From: Calditrichota bacterium | GTDB lineage: Bacteria > Zhuqueibacterota > Zhuqueibacteria > Thermofontimicrobiales > Thermofontimicrobiaceae | DNA length: 64,000 nucleotides | Direction of reading: 5' to 3' | Assembly (NCBI GenBank): GCA_013152715.1 | Contig: JAADFU010000094.1 | Coordinates: 12,610 to 76,609, forward strand | Part shown: piece after piece, positions 37,454-46,340 of the stretch | Layout of the letters: the number at the start of each line of letters is the position of its first letter | How positions within the stretch are numbered: position 1 is the stretch's first letter | The notes under the pieces: model-generated | What the model was told of the DNA's origin: nothing | The model's database searches: none | Seen by the model: the letters and a program-made list of their open reading frames with translations, nothing else | Made by a program: the position numbers and the translations under genes

Positions 37454-38785
37454 CTACGTACCCGAAACCGTCATCTCCGCGATTTTGATCGTCGGCGCGC
37501 TGATCGAGCGATTGAACCGCAAGTCATTTCCGACCATCTCAATTGATTGCAACATTGTGCCCAGATTTCCAGAAATGGTAATTTCCGCGACGGGGTAGGC
37601 CACTTCGCCATTTTCAATCCACAACCCGAACGCGCCGCGCGAATAGTCTCCTGTCACCGGATTTGTGCCCTGGCCCATCGCGTGAGTCAAAAGCAGACCG
37701 TTGTCCACAGAGCGAATGATTTCATCAGGCGAAAAATTTCCTTTTTGCAGATAAAAATTATTCGGGCCTGAACCATTCCCAGTGGATTTCATGTTTAATT
37801 TTCTTGCTGAATAGACATCAGTGAGATAAGTTTGCAAAACGCCGTTTTTCACAGCAGCATGTTTTGTCACGGGAACCCCTTCAGCGTCGAAGGGCCTGCT
37901 GCCAAGACCGCGTTTGATCAGGCCGTCGTCGAAAATATTCACCTTCGCCGCAGCAATCTGCTCGTTTAGTTTGTCCACTAGAAAAGATTGCTTCATGTAA
38001 ATCGCCCTGCCGGTCAGACATTGGTACAGAAAAGAGAGGATGCTCGCCGCCATGCCCGGTTCCATGACAACGGGCACATTTTTCGTTTTCACCTTTCGCG
38101 GATTAATCAGCCGGGTTACACGATGGACAGCTTCGTTCGCCACCTGCTCCGGCGTCCACAAATCGTTAAAAAAACGGCTGCTCTCGTACCAGCCGGATTC
38201 CACGCGTTTGTCTTCTTCACCGGCTTGCAGGTAAACTCCCAGGCTGAACCTCGACCGTTTGAACGATCCACTGAAGCCGTTGGAATTCACCAGGATGTAT
38301 TCACCAAACGAATCCGAAAAGCTGGAACCGTAAGAATTGGTGATGCGCTTATCCGCTACTGCAATCTTTTCGGTCTGTCGCGCCAGCGAAATCTTTTTTC
38401 CCGGCGAGAGATTAGTGATCTCCTCGTCGTAGATTTCCAATTTTTTCCAATCATCGATTTCCGCATTCGGATCAAATTCAGGCAGGCCAGAAAACGGATC
38501 CTGTGAAGAATTGCGTGCCCGTTCGATGCCGCGCTCAACGAGATGAGACAAAACATCCCTGTCAAAATCATCCGTGTTTACGCTGGCATAACGATGATCA
38601 ACAAACAGTCTGATGGACAAATTTTTATCACCCGCTTCGACTAAATTTTCCAGCTCCCCGTTGCGAATCTCCACATCAAATTCCCTGCCCTGAGAAATGG
38701 AAACCTCTGCCTCGTCCGCGCCTTTTTTTCTCGAAAATTCTACCAGCCACTCCGCCAGCTCAGTTAACTTTTTATTTTCAATCAT
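37454..38785 (-). CDS. pmbA: PmbA/TldE-family metalloprotease modulator
   Basis: TldD/PmbA family pattern throughout. Placed directly downstream of tldD with a 4-bp start/stop overlap. The ORF track starts 28 codons earlier; MIENKK is the preferred start. Confidence 0.8.
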   Translation of the reverse strand: MIENKKLTELAEWLVEFSRKKGADEAEVSISQGREFDVEIRNGELENLVEAGDKNLSIRLFVDHRYASVNTDDFDRDVLSHLVERGIERARNSSQDPFSGLPEFDPNAEIDDWKKLEIYDEEITNLSPGKKISLARQTEKIAVADKRITNSYGSSFSDSFGEYILVNSNGFSGSFKRSRFSLGVYLQAGEEDKRVESGWYESSRFFNDLWTPEQVANEAVHRVTRLINPRKVKTKNVPVVMEPGMAASILSFLYQCLTGRAIYMKQSFLVDKLNEQIAAAKVNIFDDGLIKRGLGSRPFDAEGVPVTKHAAVKNGVLQTYLTDVYSARKLNMKSTGNGSGPNNFYLQKGNFSPDEIIRSVDNGLLLTHAMGQGTNPVTGDYSRGAFGLWIENGEVAYPVAEITISGNLGTMLQSIEMVGNDLRFNRSISAPTIKIAEMTVSGT

Positions 38786-40278
38786 TGCCTTCCTCCCACC
38801 GTCATTCGGTCGATTTTCAGCGTCGGCGTACCGGCAGTCACCGGAACCGACTGACCTTCTTTGCCGCACGTTCCCAGAAAGAATCCCATGTCATTGCCAA
38901 CTATGGAGACATTGTTCAAAATTTCAATATTCGAACCGATCAGCGTGGCATTTTTGACCGGATGAGTCAATTTTCCGTCTTCAATTTGATAGCCCAAGTT
39001 CACCGAAAAAACAAATTTTCCGGAATCCTGCACCTGACCGCCCTGGTAAGTTTTAGCGTAAAAGCCGCGTCTTACAGAACGGATAATATCTTCGGGATCG
39101 CTTTCTCCTTTGGCGAGAACCGTATTTGTCATGCGCGGAATCGGCGCAAACTGATAATTTTCCCGTCTGCCGTTTCCGGTAGGCGTCATTTGTAAAATTT
39201 GTGCTGACAGCCGATCCTGAATGTAATTCACTAATTTTCCGTTTTCTACTAAAATCGTTTTTTGCGTCACTGTTCCTTCGTCGTCAATGTTGAGAGAACC
39301 GCGGAATTGGGGAATGGTTGGATCTTCGTAAATCGTCACAATTCCGTTAGCAACTTTTTGCCCCATGCGATTAGACATGATTGACGTTCCCTTTCGATTG
39401 GCGTCTGCCTCCAGCGGATGTCCCACAGCCTCGTGAATCATCACCCCGCTCTGTCCGGCGCCTAAAACAACAGTCTGTTCGCCCGGCGCAGGATCACGTG
39501 CATCCAGAAGAATGACCGCCTCTTCGGCGGCTTTTTTGCCGATTTCCTCCGGCGTCATCTGTTTTGCGAAAAAATCCATTCCCACGCGTCCGCCGCCATT
39601 GTGATGCCCTGAAGTGCGATTGCCGTTTTGGTTGGCAACAGCAAAAGCGAATAATCTCGTTTGCGGTCTCACATCGGAAATCAGCAGCCCGGCGGAATTG
39701 GCGATGAGAATGTAGTTCAATGAATCCTGCAAAAAAGCCTGCACTTTTTCAATGCGAGAGTCAAAATTTTGCGCAGACTGATAGGCGGCTCGCACGAGCG
39801 AAAGTTTGTCCTGAAAAGCCGTCGCTGTGAGAGCCCTGTTCAAATCATAAATCTGTCTACTGGCCTCGGCTGTTCTCAAGTCAGCAGCTTCCAAAGAACT
39901 CCCGGCATCGGCGATATTTGCCGCTGTCAGCGCCGCCGCTTTCATCGAATCAAAACTCAAATCATTGGTGTAGCCATAGCCCGTTCTCTCGCCTGAAATC
40001 ACGCGCACGCCCACGCCGACGCTGATGTTTTCAGACGTGCGTTTGATGATATCCTCTTCCATGGTGACGGAATGAGAAATGTGATATTGGAAATAAAGCT
40101 CGGAAAATTCACCACCGCGGGACAGTGCGAGCGACAGTAATTTTTGCATCCCCTCAACAGAAACGCCGAATCGATTTTCGAAAAGATAAATCGTTCCTTG
40201 CGGCAAATTCCCTGACAGCAATTGGTCGAATAGAAAATTGGATTTTTCTGTCTTTTCCGTATCTGCGAATTTAGTCAT
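38782..40278 (-). CDS. tldD: TldD-family zinc metalloprotease
   Basis: HEAVGHPLEAD (HExxxGH) metal-binding motif and Gly-rich C-terminal region typical of TldD. Confidence 0.85.
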   Translation of the reverse strand: MTKFADTEKTEKSNFLFDQLLSGNLPQGTIYLFENRFGVSVEGMQKLLSLALSRGGEFSELYFQYHISHSVTMEEDIIKRTSENISVGVGVRVISGERTGYGYTNDLSFDSMKAAALTAANIADAGSSLEAADLRTAEASRQIYDLNRALTATAFQDKLSLVRAAYQSAQNFDSRIEKVQAFLQDSLNYILIANSAGLLISDVRPQTRLFAFAVANQNGNRTSGHHNGGGRVGMDFFAKQMTPEEIGKKAAEEAVILLDARDPAPGEQTVVLGAGQSGVMIHEAVGHPLEADANRKGTSIMSNRMGQKVANGIVTIYEDPTIPQFRGSLNIDDEGTVTQKTILVENGKLVNYIQDRLSAQILQMTPTGNGRRENYQFAPIPRMTNTVLAKGESDPEDIIRSVRRGFYAKTYQGGQVQDSGKFVFSVNLGYQIEDGKLTHPVKNATLIGSNIEILNNVSIVGNDMGFFLGTCGKEGQSVPVTAGTPTLKIDRMTVGGRQ

Positions 40279-40467
40279 TCATTTCTCCGTAATAATCGAA
40301 ATTTTTAGCCCGTTAGTCAACTTTGGTCTGGAGCAAGATAATAGTTAGCAGGTTAGATTGCTTCTGTCTGAAAAAGTTTCTCTTGCTTATACTAAATCCA
40401 ACCGAATCTGTTTCATCGCACTTGGCCCAAAAGAATTGTGTAAAATATGAAAAAACAGAAATTTTCC

Positions 40468-40496
40468 TTGACTTTTTATGATTTTCATTCTATATT
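40468..40496 (+). promoter_or_regulatory. Sigma-70-like promoter candidate: TTGACT - 17 nt - TATATT
   Basis: Exact hexamers with 17-nt spacer read from the sequence, about 140 bp upstream of the 40635 gene. The organism's primary sigma may prefer a different consensus. Confidence 0.3.
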
Positions 40497-40634
40497 AATT
40501 GTGTAATTTATTACGCTTGATTCCACAGCACGAAAAATCCCGATCTCGAATTTTCCTGAAGCTTCTGCATTTATTTTTCGTATTGAGCCTGCAATTTAAA
40601 ACAGAATTTTTTTCAAAATGTTAGAGGAGGAAAA

Positions 40635-41648
40635 ATGAAGACGTTAAAAATAATCGGAATCATCATTTTGATTCTCATCGTGATCATCATTATCCTGGGT
40701 CTGGTAGCGCCGAAAAAATATCACGTGGAACGAACCACAGTCATCAAGGCGCCAAAAGATTTAGTCTTCATGAATGTGAAATACTGGCAAAAATGGATCG
40801 CCTGGAATCCCTGGGGCAAGCAAGATTCCACCATGAAAATTACAGTTGAAGGTACTGACGGCGAGGTTGGTTCAAAATACATCTGGGTCGGCGATCCCAA
40901 ACTCACGGGCAAAGGTGAAATGGTGAACACCGGCGTCAAAGAAAATGAGGAAATGACTTTTCACCTGCACTTTCTCGAGCCCTGGGAAAGCGAATCGGAC
41001 GGATACATTCGAGTCGCCGACACCGATAGCGGTACAAAGGTTTCCTGGGCATTTTTAGGCAAGAATCCCTTTCCCTGGAATATCATGATGCTGTTCATGA
41101 GCATGGACAAAACCATCGGTCCTGACTTCGAAAAAGGGTTGGCTCTGTTGAAATCAGTTTGTGAAAAGCAGGCTGCGGCTGTTCAAAAATTCGCAGTCAA
41201 AGAAGTCGATTTCCCCGGAAAAACTTATGCCATAATTCGCAAAACTATCTCTTTCAATAATATTCAAAAATTTTATGCTGAATCATTTGGAAAAATTATA
41301 GCAGCGATGCAAAAACACGGGGCGGTGATGACCGGCGCGCCGAGCGGAATTTATTTCAGTTATGACGAGGGGAAGGGTGTCACCGACATGGCAGCGGCAA
41401 TTCCCGTTAGCAGAGTTTTTGAGGAGCCGGGAATCGATACTTATGAAATTCCCGCTGGAAAAGCCTACAAAATCAATTATTATGGTCCGTACGAAAAAAT
41501 TGGTGACGCGCACATCGCCATGGATTTTTATTTCCACCAAAACAGTCTAAAGCAGCAAATTCCGGTGGTTGAAGAATATGTCACCGATCCCGGAAGTGAA
41601 GCTGACAGTTCCAAATGGCTCACTGTTATTTATTATTTTGCAAAATAG
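40635..41648 (+). CDS. Membrane-anchored SRPBCC-fold (polyketide cyclase/START-like) domain protein fused to a GyrI-like small-molecule-binding domain
   Basis: N-terminal TM (IIGIIILILIVIIIILGLV). SRPBCC-like region (…KYWQKWIAWNPW…). C-terminal GyrI-like pattern (…YAIIRKTISFNNIQKFY…GAPSGIYFSYDE…AAIPV…). Confidence 0.55.
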   Translation: MKTLKIIGIIILILIVIIIILGLVAPKKYHVERTTVIKAPKDLVFMNVKYWQKWIAWNPWGKQDSTMKITVEGTDGEVGSKYIWVGDPKLTGKGEMVNTGVKENEEMTFHLHFLEPWESESDGYIRVADTDSGTKVSWAFLGKNPFPWNIMMLFMSMDKTIGPDFEKGLALLKSVCEKQAAAVQKFAVKEVDFPGKTYAIIRKTISFNNIQKFYAESFGKIIAAMQKHGAVMTGAPSGIYFSYDEGKGVTDMAAAIPVSRVFEEPGIDTYEIPAGKAYKINYYGPYEKIGDAHIAMDFYFHQNSLKQQIPVVEEYVTDPGSEADSSKWLTVIYYFAK

Positions 41649-42571
41649 TTTTTTTAAATTTGGGGAGAAGATCAGGGACTTGAGCCCGTACATGGCGAGG
41701 GATTCGTCCTTGGGAGTTGTTCCTGCATCTTTCTCCTCATTTTTTTGGGCATAATTTCATGAAAACTACGTGGAATAATCTCCCAGAAATTGTTTCTTCT
41801 TAAAAATAGTCTGATTAAGATTGCAAGATAATGTAAAGATTGAGTTCGCGGTAGGGGAGATCGCGTCCGCCAAATAAGGAAGAAAAAAATTTGTAACGAT
41901 CTCGTTGATTTTTTAGTATGCACGAGCGCGGTGACAGACGTTGCTCGCCATAAGGCCTTTCATTGCGGATTTTTAATATTTTATTACTACCATCTTCGAG
42001 AATTACAGTTTGGCGGAAAGAAAATATTTCGCTTTTGCTATTTTTGTCCTGGCGAGAACTTTTATTCAGGGGAACATTTGGCGGGGTCTTTCTTTACGAA
42101 AAATACAATTTTTAACTTCTTTTCTCCTGTCCAAAATAAGCAAATTTTGCGTCATCCACATGCTCGAGTCTTCATCCATCACAATATCCATCACAATGTC
42201 ATCTCGCACTATCAAAATCAAACGGCTATCTTTCATTTCTATTCTTTCTCTTCTAATTCACTTTGTAGCCGTTAAGCAGTTCCGTAAGCGAAATTACATT
42301 GTATTTTTCGTTGGGGAATTTCCCCGCCAATGTTCAACTTTTGTCTCGGAATCTCGTCGCGTTATTTTTTTTTTGAAAAAAGCGCTGATGAAAATTTCCG
42401 AAAAGAACAAAAAACTGGTACAAAAAAGATATTTCTCATTTTCAGTCTCAAAGCCAGGCAAGCCTTTTAGACGGCGGCGAACCGAAATGGCTGTCGGGAG
42501 GGAGGACAAACCTGACAGCCATTTCATCTTGCTCAGTTGCTGCCGCAAAAATCAGTTTTAACACAAAACTT

Positions 42572-43228
42572 TTAGCTTATTGATTCATGAAATCCGTTTT
42601 CTTTCACCTGTCGTGCAAAATGTGCTACTTTTTCGACAGCCATGATCATATCTCTGTTTTCAACATGAACGGAAGCCGGTAATTTTAACTGAATCGGAGC
42701 GTAATTCAAAATTCCTTTTACGCCTGCGCTTGCTAATCGCCCGCCCATGTATTGCGCTTGATCTTCAGGTATGGCGAGAATGGCGATTTGGATGTTATTT
42801 TCCTGAAGAATTTTCTCCAGATCTTGTATGGAATAGCAACGAACGCCATTCACGACGCGATCAATCTTTTTGGAGTCCTTGTCAAAAGCGGCTGTGATTT
42901 CTAATTTTTCTCGACGGCCGCGAAAATAGTTGACAATGGCGCGGCCCAATTGTCCCAGACCGATGATAGCGACTTGTTGCACGTCAGGCGCGTCGATAAA
43001 TTCGCTCAAACTGGCGTAGAGTTTTTTGATTTCATATCCTTTGACAGGGGATCCGGAGTAGCCAATCGCCATCAAATCGCGCCGAATTTGCGCCGAAGTA
43101 AAACCTGTCATTACAGAAAGCTCGTGAGAAAAAATATTGGATTTTTCTTCCGGATCCAGATTCATCAAAAGGCGTCGATAAAGGATAAGACGTTCTACGG
43201 TTTTTTCTGGAAATGTTTTGTCTTGCAT
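42572..43228 (-). CDS. rex: Redox-sensing transcriptional repressor Rex
   Basis: N-terminal winged helix (…RLILYRRLL…SHELSVMTGFTSAQIRRDL). Rossmann GLGQLGRAI NADH-binding motif. Confidence 0.85.
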   Translation of the reverse strand: MQDKTFPEKTVERLILYRRLLMNLDPEEKSNIFSHELSVMTGFTSAQIRRDLMAIGYSGSPVKGYEIKKLYASLSEFIDAPDVQQVAIIGLGQLGRAIVNYFRGRREKLEITAAFDKDSKKIDRVVNGVRCYSIQDLEKILQENNIQIAILAIPEDQAQYMGGRLASAGVKGILNYAPIQLKLPASVHVENRDMIMAVEKVAHFARQVKENGFHESIS

Positions 43229-43253
43229 GATATCCTTAATGATATTTAGATTG

Positions 43254-43271
43254 TTGTTAAAATTTTCACAA
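43254..43271. promoter_or_regulatory. Candidate Rex operator TTGTTAAAATTTTCACAA (17/18 match to TTGTGAA-N4-TTCACAA), about 26 bp upstream of the rex start
   Basis: Palindromic site read from the sequence. Rex genes are commonly autoregulated through such a site. Confidence 0.45.
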
Positions 43272-43714
43272 ATAAATATATCAAATAATATTTAAAAATG
43301 CAAGTAAAAGTTTAAAAAAATAGTTCGAGATCGTGTCAATCCTAATGAAAAATATTTTCCGTACTTCTTCATTGCGCCATTAGTGTCAGGCAAGACTTTT
43401 CAGGACAAAACAATCAAAAATATTAATCTGACAATGGTACATTTTCACAAATGCTAAATAAGCGTAACTGTAATAAAATCAATTATTGCCGGAGCAGTAT
43501 CGAGTTGCAAAATTCCTGACTTTCGCCTTTTTTGAATCAGGCGATGAATTAATCACTGTGAAGAAAGTGAAAAATTCGCGCGAAACTTATCTTCGGCAAG
43601 TTACAAATTTCTAAAACTAATTCTTGATTATTATTTTTATTATTTTAAATTATGGACATTTGTAATCGCTGACAATCTTTTTAGAGAAGCGACAAAATAC
43701 AGGAGGAAATATTA

Positions 43715-44608
43715 ATGGTATTCGATCAATTTGCCGGAGTTTTCGCTCCGATTCCAACGCCTTTCTCGGAAAAAGATTTGACAATCAACTTTGAATATAT
43801 TCGCCGACATCTGGAATTCTTGCAAGAGAAGGGAGTTAACGGAGCGCTGGTGTTGGGCACGAACAGCGAATTTCCTTCCCTGTCCATCGAGGAAAGGAAA
43901 AATATCATCTCCTGGGTGATGAAATTCCGCGGTGATTTGAAAGTAATGGTACAGGTTGGCACATCCTCGTTTGTGGAGACGATTGGTTTGAGCCATTACG
44001 CCATGGAAAAAGGCGCTGATGCGCTGCTGATTTGTGCGCCCTTTTATTTTAAAGAAATCAATGAAATAGGCTTGATTGATTATTATTTCCAAATTTTCAA
44101 TCGCGTCCAACATCCGATTTTTCTCTATCACATGCCGCAGGTCACGCAGGTGCCGATTACTGAAAAAGTGATCGAGAGCCTGCTTTCCTTTTCCAATTTT
44201 CTGGGACTGAAAGAATCTTCGGGGCAATGGGACACGACGAAGCATTACATTGAAAAGTTTCGTCAACTGCATATTTTCACTGGGAATGATTTGCTGTTCA
44301 GAGACGCGCTGGACATTGGCGCCGGCGGCTGCATTACCGCGGTGTGCAATTCGCTGCCGGAATTGCCAGTGAGCTTGTTTCACGCTGTGAGGGTCGGAGA
44401 AGACGTGTCTTACATTCAATCCAGACTATCGGCGTATCGCAAGCTATTGCAGCAATTTCCTCTGCAATCGGCGACCAAGTACATTTTGCAAATGCGCAAT
44501 TTCCCTGCCGCAGGCGTGAGGCCGCCGTTGACCGAATTGACAGAATCGCAAAAACGGGGATTAGAGCGGGGATTGGTGGAGTTGGGTTTTGATTTTCCAA
44601 CGGACTGA
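43715..44608 (+). CDS. DapA-family class I aldolase (dihydrodipicolinate synthase / N-acetylneuraminate lyase-like)
   Basis: …GVFAPIPTPF…GVNGALVLGTNSEFPSLSIEER… and Schiff-base Lys region (…HIFTGNDL…) typical of the DapA/NAL family. Confidence 0.75.
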   Translation: MVFDQFAGVFAPIPTPFSEKDLTINFEYIRRHLEFLQEKGVNGALVLGTNSEFPSLSIEERKNIISWVMKFRGDLKVMVQVGTSSFVETIGLSHYAMEKGADALLICAPFYFKEINEIGLIDYYFQIFNRVQHPIFLYHMPQVTQVPITEKVIESLLSFSNFLGLKESSGQWDTTKHYIEKFRQLHIFTGNDLLFRDALDIGAGGCITAVCNSLPELPVSLFHAVRVGEDVSYIQSRLSAYRKLLQQFPLQSATKYILQMRNFPAAGVRPPLTELTESQKRGLERGLVELGFDFPTD

Positions 44609-44677
44609 ATATTTTCGAAAAATTGATTGTTTGAAATCTTGTTAAAAAAAATCAGAAAAATAAAATGAGGAGTCCAA

Positions 44678-45454
44678 ATGAAAGAGATGGGCATTCAAGG
44701 AAAAATTGCTATTATCACCGGGGCTAGCAGCGGCATGGGAAAGGAAACAGCGCTGCTTTTTGCTGAAGAAAAGGCAAAAGTGATGATCACTGCCCGCGAT
44801 GAAAAACGATTGCAGGAAGTCGCAGCGCAAATTCGAAAAAATGGGGGAGAAGTGGAAATTTTTCCGGCTGACGTCACGGATGCTGGCGGTCGGGAAAAAT
44901 TGGTTCAGGCCACGGTAGAAAAATTTGGCGGGATTGATATTTTAGTGAATGCAGCGGGAATTATCGCGACGGGAACTGTTGAAAATACTTCGCTTGCAGA
45001 CTGGGACTACATGATGGATATCAATTTACGCTCTGTTTTTCATTTGATGCAGTTGGCGCTGCCTTCTCTGATTGAGCGGGAAGGAAATATCGTCAATGTT
45101 TCCAGTGTGACCGGATTGCGCGCTTTTCCGGGAGTACTTTCCTACTGCGTGAGTAAAGCCGGCGTCGATCAACTTACTCGATGCGCAGCGCTCGAACTGG
45201 CATCCAAAAAAGTCCGCGTAAATGCCGTAAATCCCGGTGTGACAGTTACGGAATTGCATCGCCGCGGCGGCATGGACGAAAAAGCATATCAGGCATTTTT
45301 GGGGCACAGCAAAACAACACATCCCATTGGCAGGGTCGGCGAACCGAGAGAAATCGCGGAATTAATTTTATTCTTGGCGTCTCCCCATGCGAGCTGGATC
45401 ACCGGCGTAAGTTACAGCATCGACGGCGGCAGAGCGCAGACGTGTGCAAGGTAA
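44678..45454 (+). CDS. SDR-family NAD(P)-dependent oxidoreductase
   Basis: TGASSGMG cofactor motif, NAAG, catalytic YxxxK (YCVSK). Confidence 0.85.
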   Translation: MKEMGIQGKIAIITGASSGMGKETALLFAEEKAKVMITARDEKRLQEVAAQIRKNGGEVEIFPADVTDAGGREKLVQATVEKFGGIDILVNAAGIIATGTVENTSLADWDYMMDINLRSVFHLMQLALPSLIEREGNIVNVSSVTGLRAFPGVLSYCVSKAGVDQLTRCAALELASKKVRVNAVNPGVTVTELHRRGGMDEKAYQAFLGHSKTTHPIGRVGEPREIAELILFLASPHASWITGVSYSIDGGRAQTCAR

Positions 45455-45542
45455 AAATAAATAGAAATAGCGAGAAATCGGGTTTTCCAAAAATCTGGGT
45501 TCTGAAATCAAAACTCGCTTTCTGAAACCAGCGGAAAAAGAC

Positions 45543-46079
45543 ATGTATTCAAAAAATATTTTTCTCACCGGCGATCTTCATGTGGGGAAATCTACAATTG
45601 TTCAAAATGTCTTGAATCGATTGAAAGTGGCAGAGATTGGCGGTTACAGAACTGAAGTTATTTTCGAAAACGGCAAGAAACTCGGTTTCAAAATGATTTC
45701 TTTTTCAGGCGAAGAAAAAATATTTGCCCATGCCAGTTTCACAAAAGGAAAGCGTTTTGGCGATTTTCGCGTGCAATTGGAAGTTTTCGAAAGCTTCGGT
45801 GCGCAAATTCTCACGACTGCTCTTGAACAGAATGGCCTCATTGTCATAGATGAGATCGGGGCCATGGAAAAACACGCCCAAAAATTCCGAGAGGTAATTT
45901 ATGAATGTCTTGATGCGCCAATTCCGGTGCTCGGTGTTTTTCAGCAGCGGGCAAAATGGGCAAAAGCGATGTTGGAAGCGCGGAACGATTGTAAAATTTT
46001 CGCGGTTGAGCGGTTAAATCAACGCGCTGTGGAAGATTCAGTGTATCATGCGTTAACTGGAATTTTTTCTGGTCGTTAA
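45543..46079 (+). CDS. THEP1/COG1618-type nucleoside-triphosphatase
   Basis: Walker A LTGDLHVGKST, Walker B LIVIDEIG. Size (about 178 aa) and layout match NTPase_1. Confidence 0.7.
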   Translation: MYSKNIFLTGDLHVGKSTIVQNVLNRLKVAEIGGYRTEVIFENGKKLGFKMISFSGEEKIFAHASFTKGKRFGDFRVQLEVFESFGAQILTTALEQNGLIVIDEIGAMEKHAQKFREVIYECLDAPIPVLGVFQQRAKWAKAMLEARNDCKIFAVERLNQRAVEDSVYHALTGIFSGR

Positions 46080-46150
46080 TTCAAAATATCTGAGCGTTGT
46101 CGGTTGAGAATTAATGCTGTGACCCTATGATGTGAGCAATTTTTCGTAAT

Positions 46151-46186
46151 ACGAACAAGTCCCTGTTCGCAAAATTTTTTTGATAA
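46151..46186 (+). terminator. Putative intrinsic terminator (CGAACAAGTCCCTGTTCG hairpin followed by AAAATTTTTTT)
   Basis: Inverted repeat plus T-run about 70 bp after the NTPase stop. Confidence 0.4.
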
Positions 46187-46340
46187 TTTTTTTCGGGTTC
46201 CTCACCATTTGCTGTGGGTAAATATTCATCAGTCCGTCATTTTTACGCTAATTTGTGTACGCCGTGTATTACGTTCAATAGAAAAATGCATTATTTCAAA
46301 TTTTGCAATGAATAGTTTCTGGTTAACACTTTGCTGAATT

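Noticed and set aside
42010-42561. 183-aa ORF in the long SRPBCC-rex gap
   Set aside because: Low-complexity, Ser/Phe/Ile-rich sequence with no RBS and no domain signal. The region was treated as non-coding.
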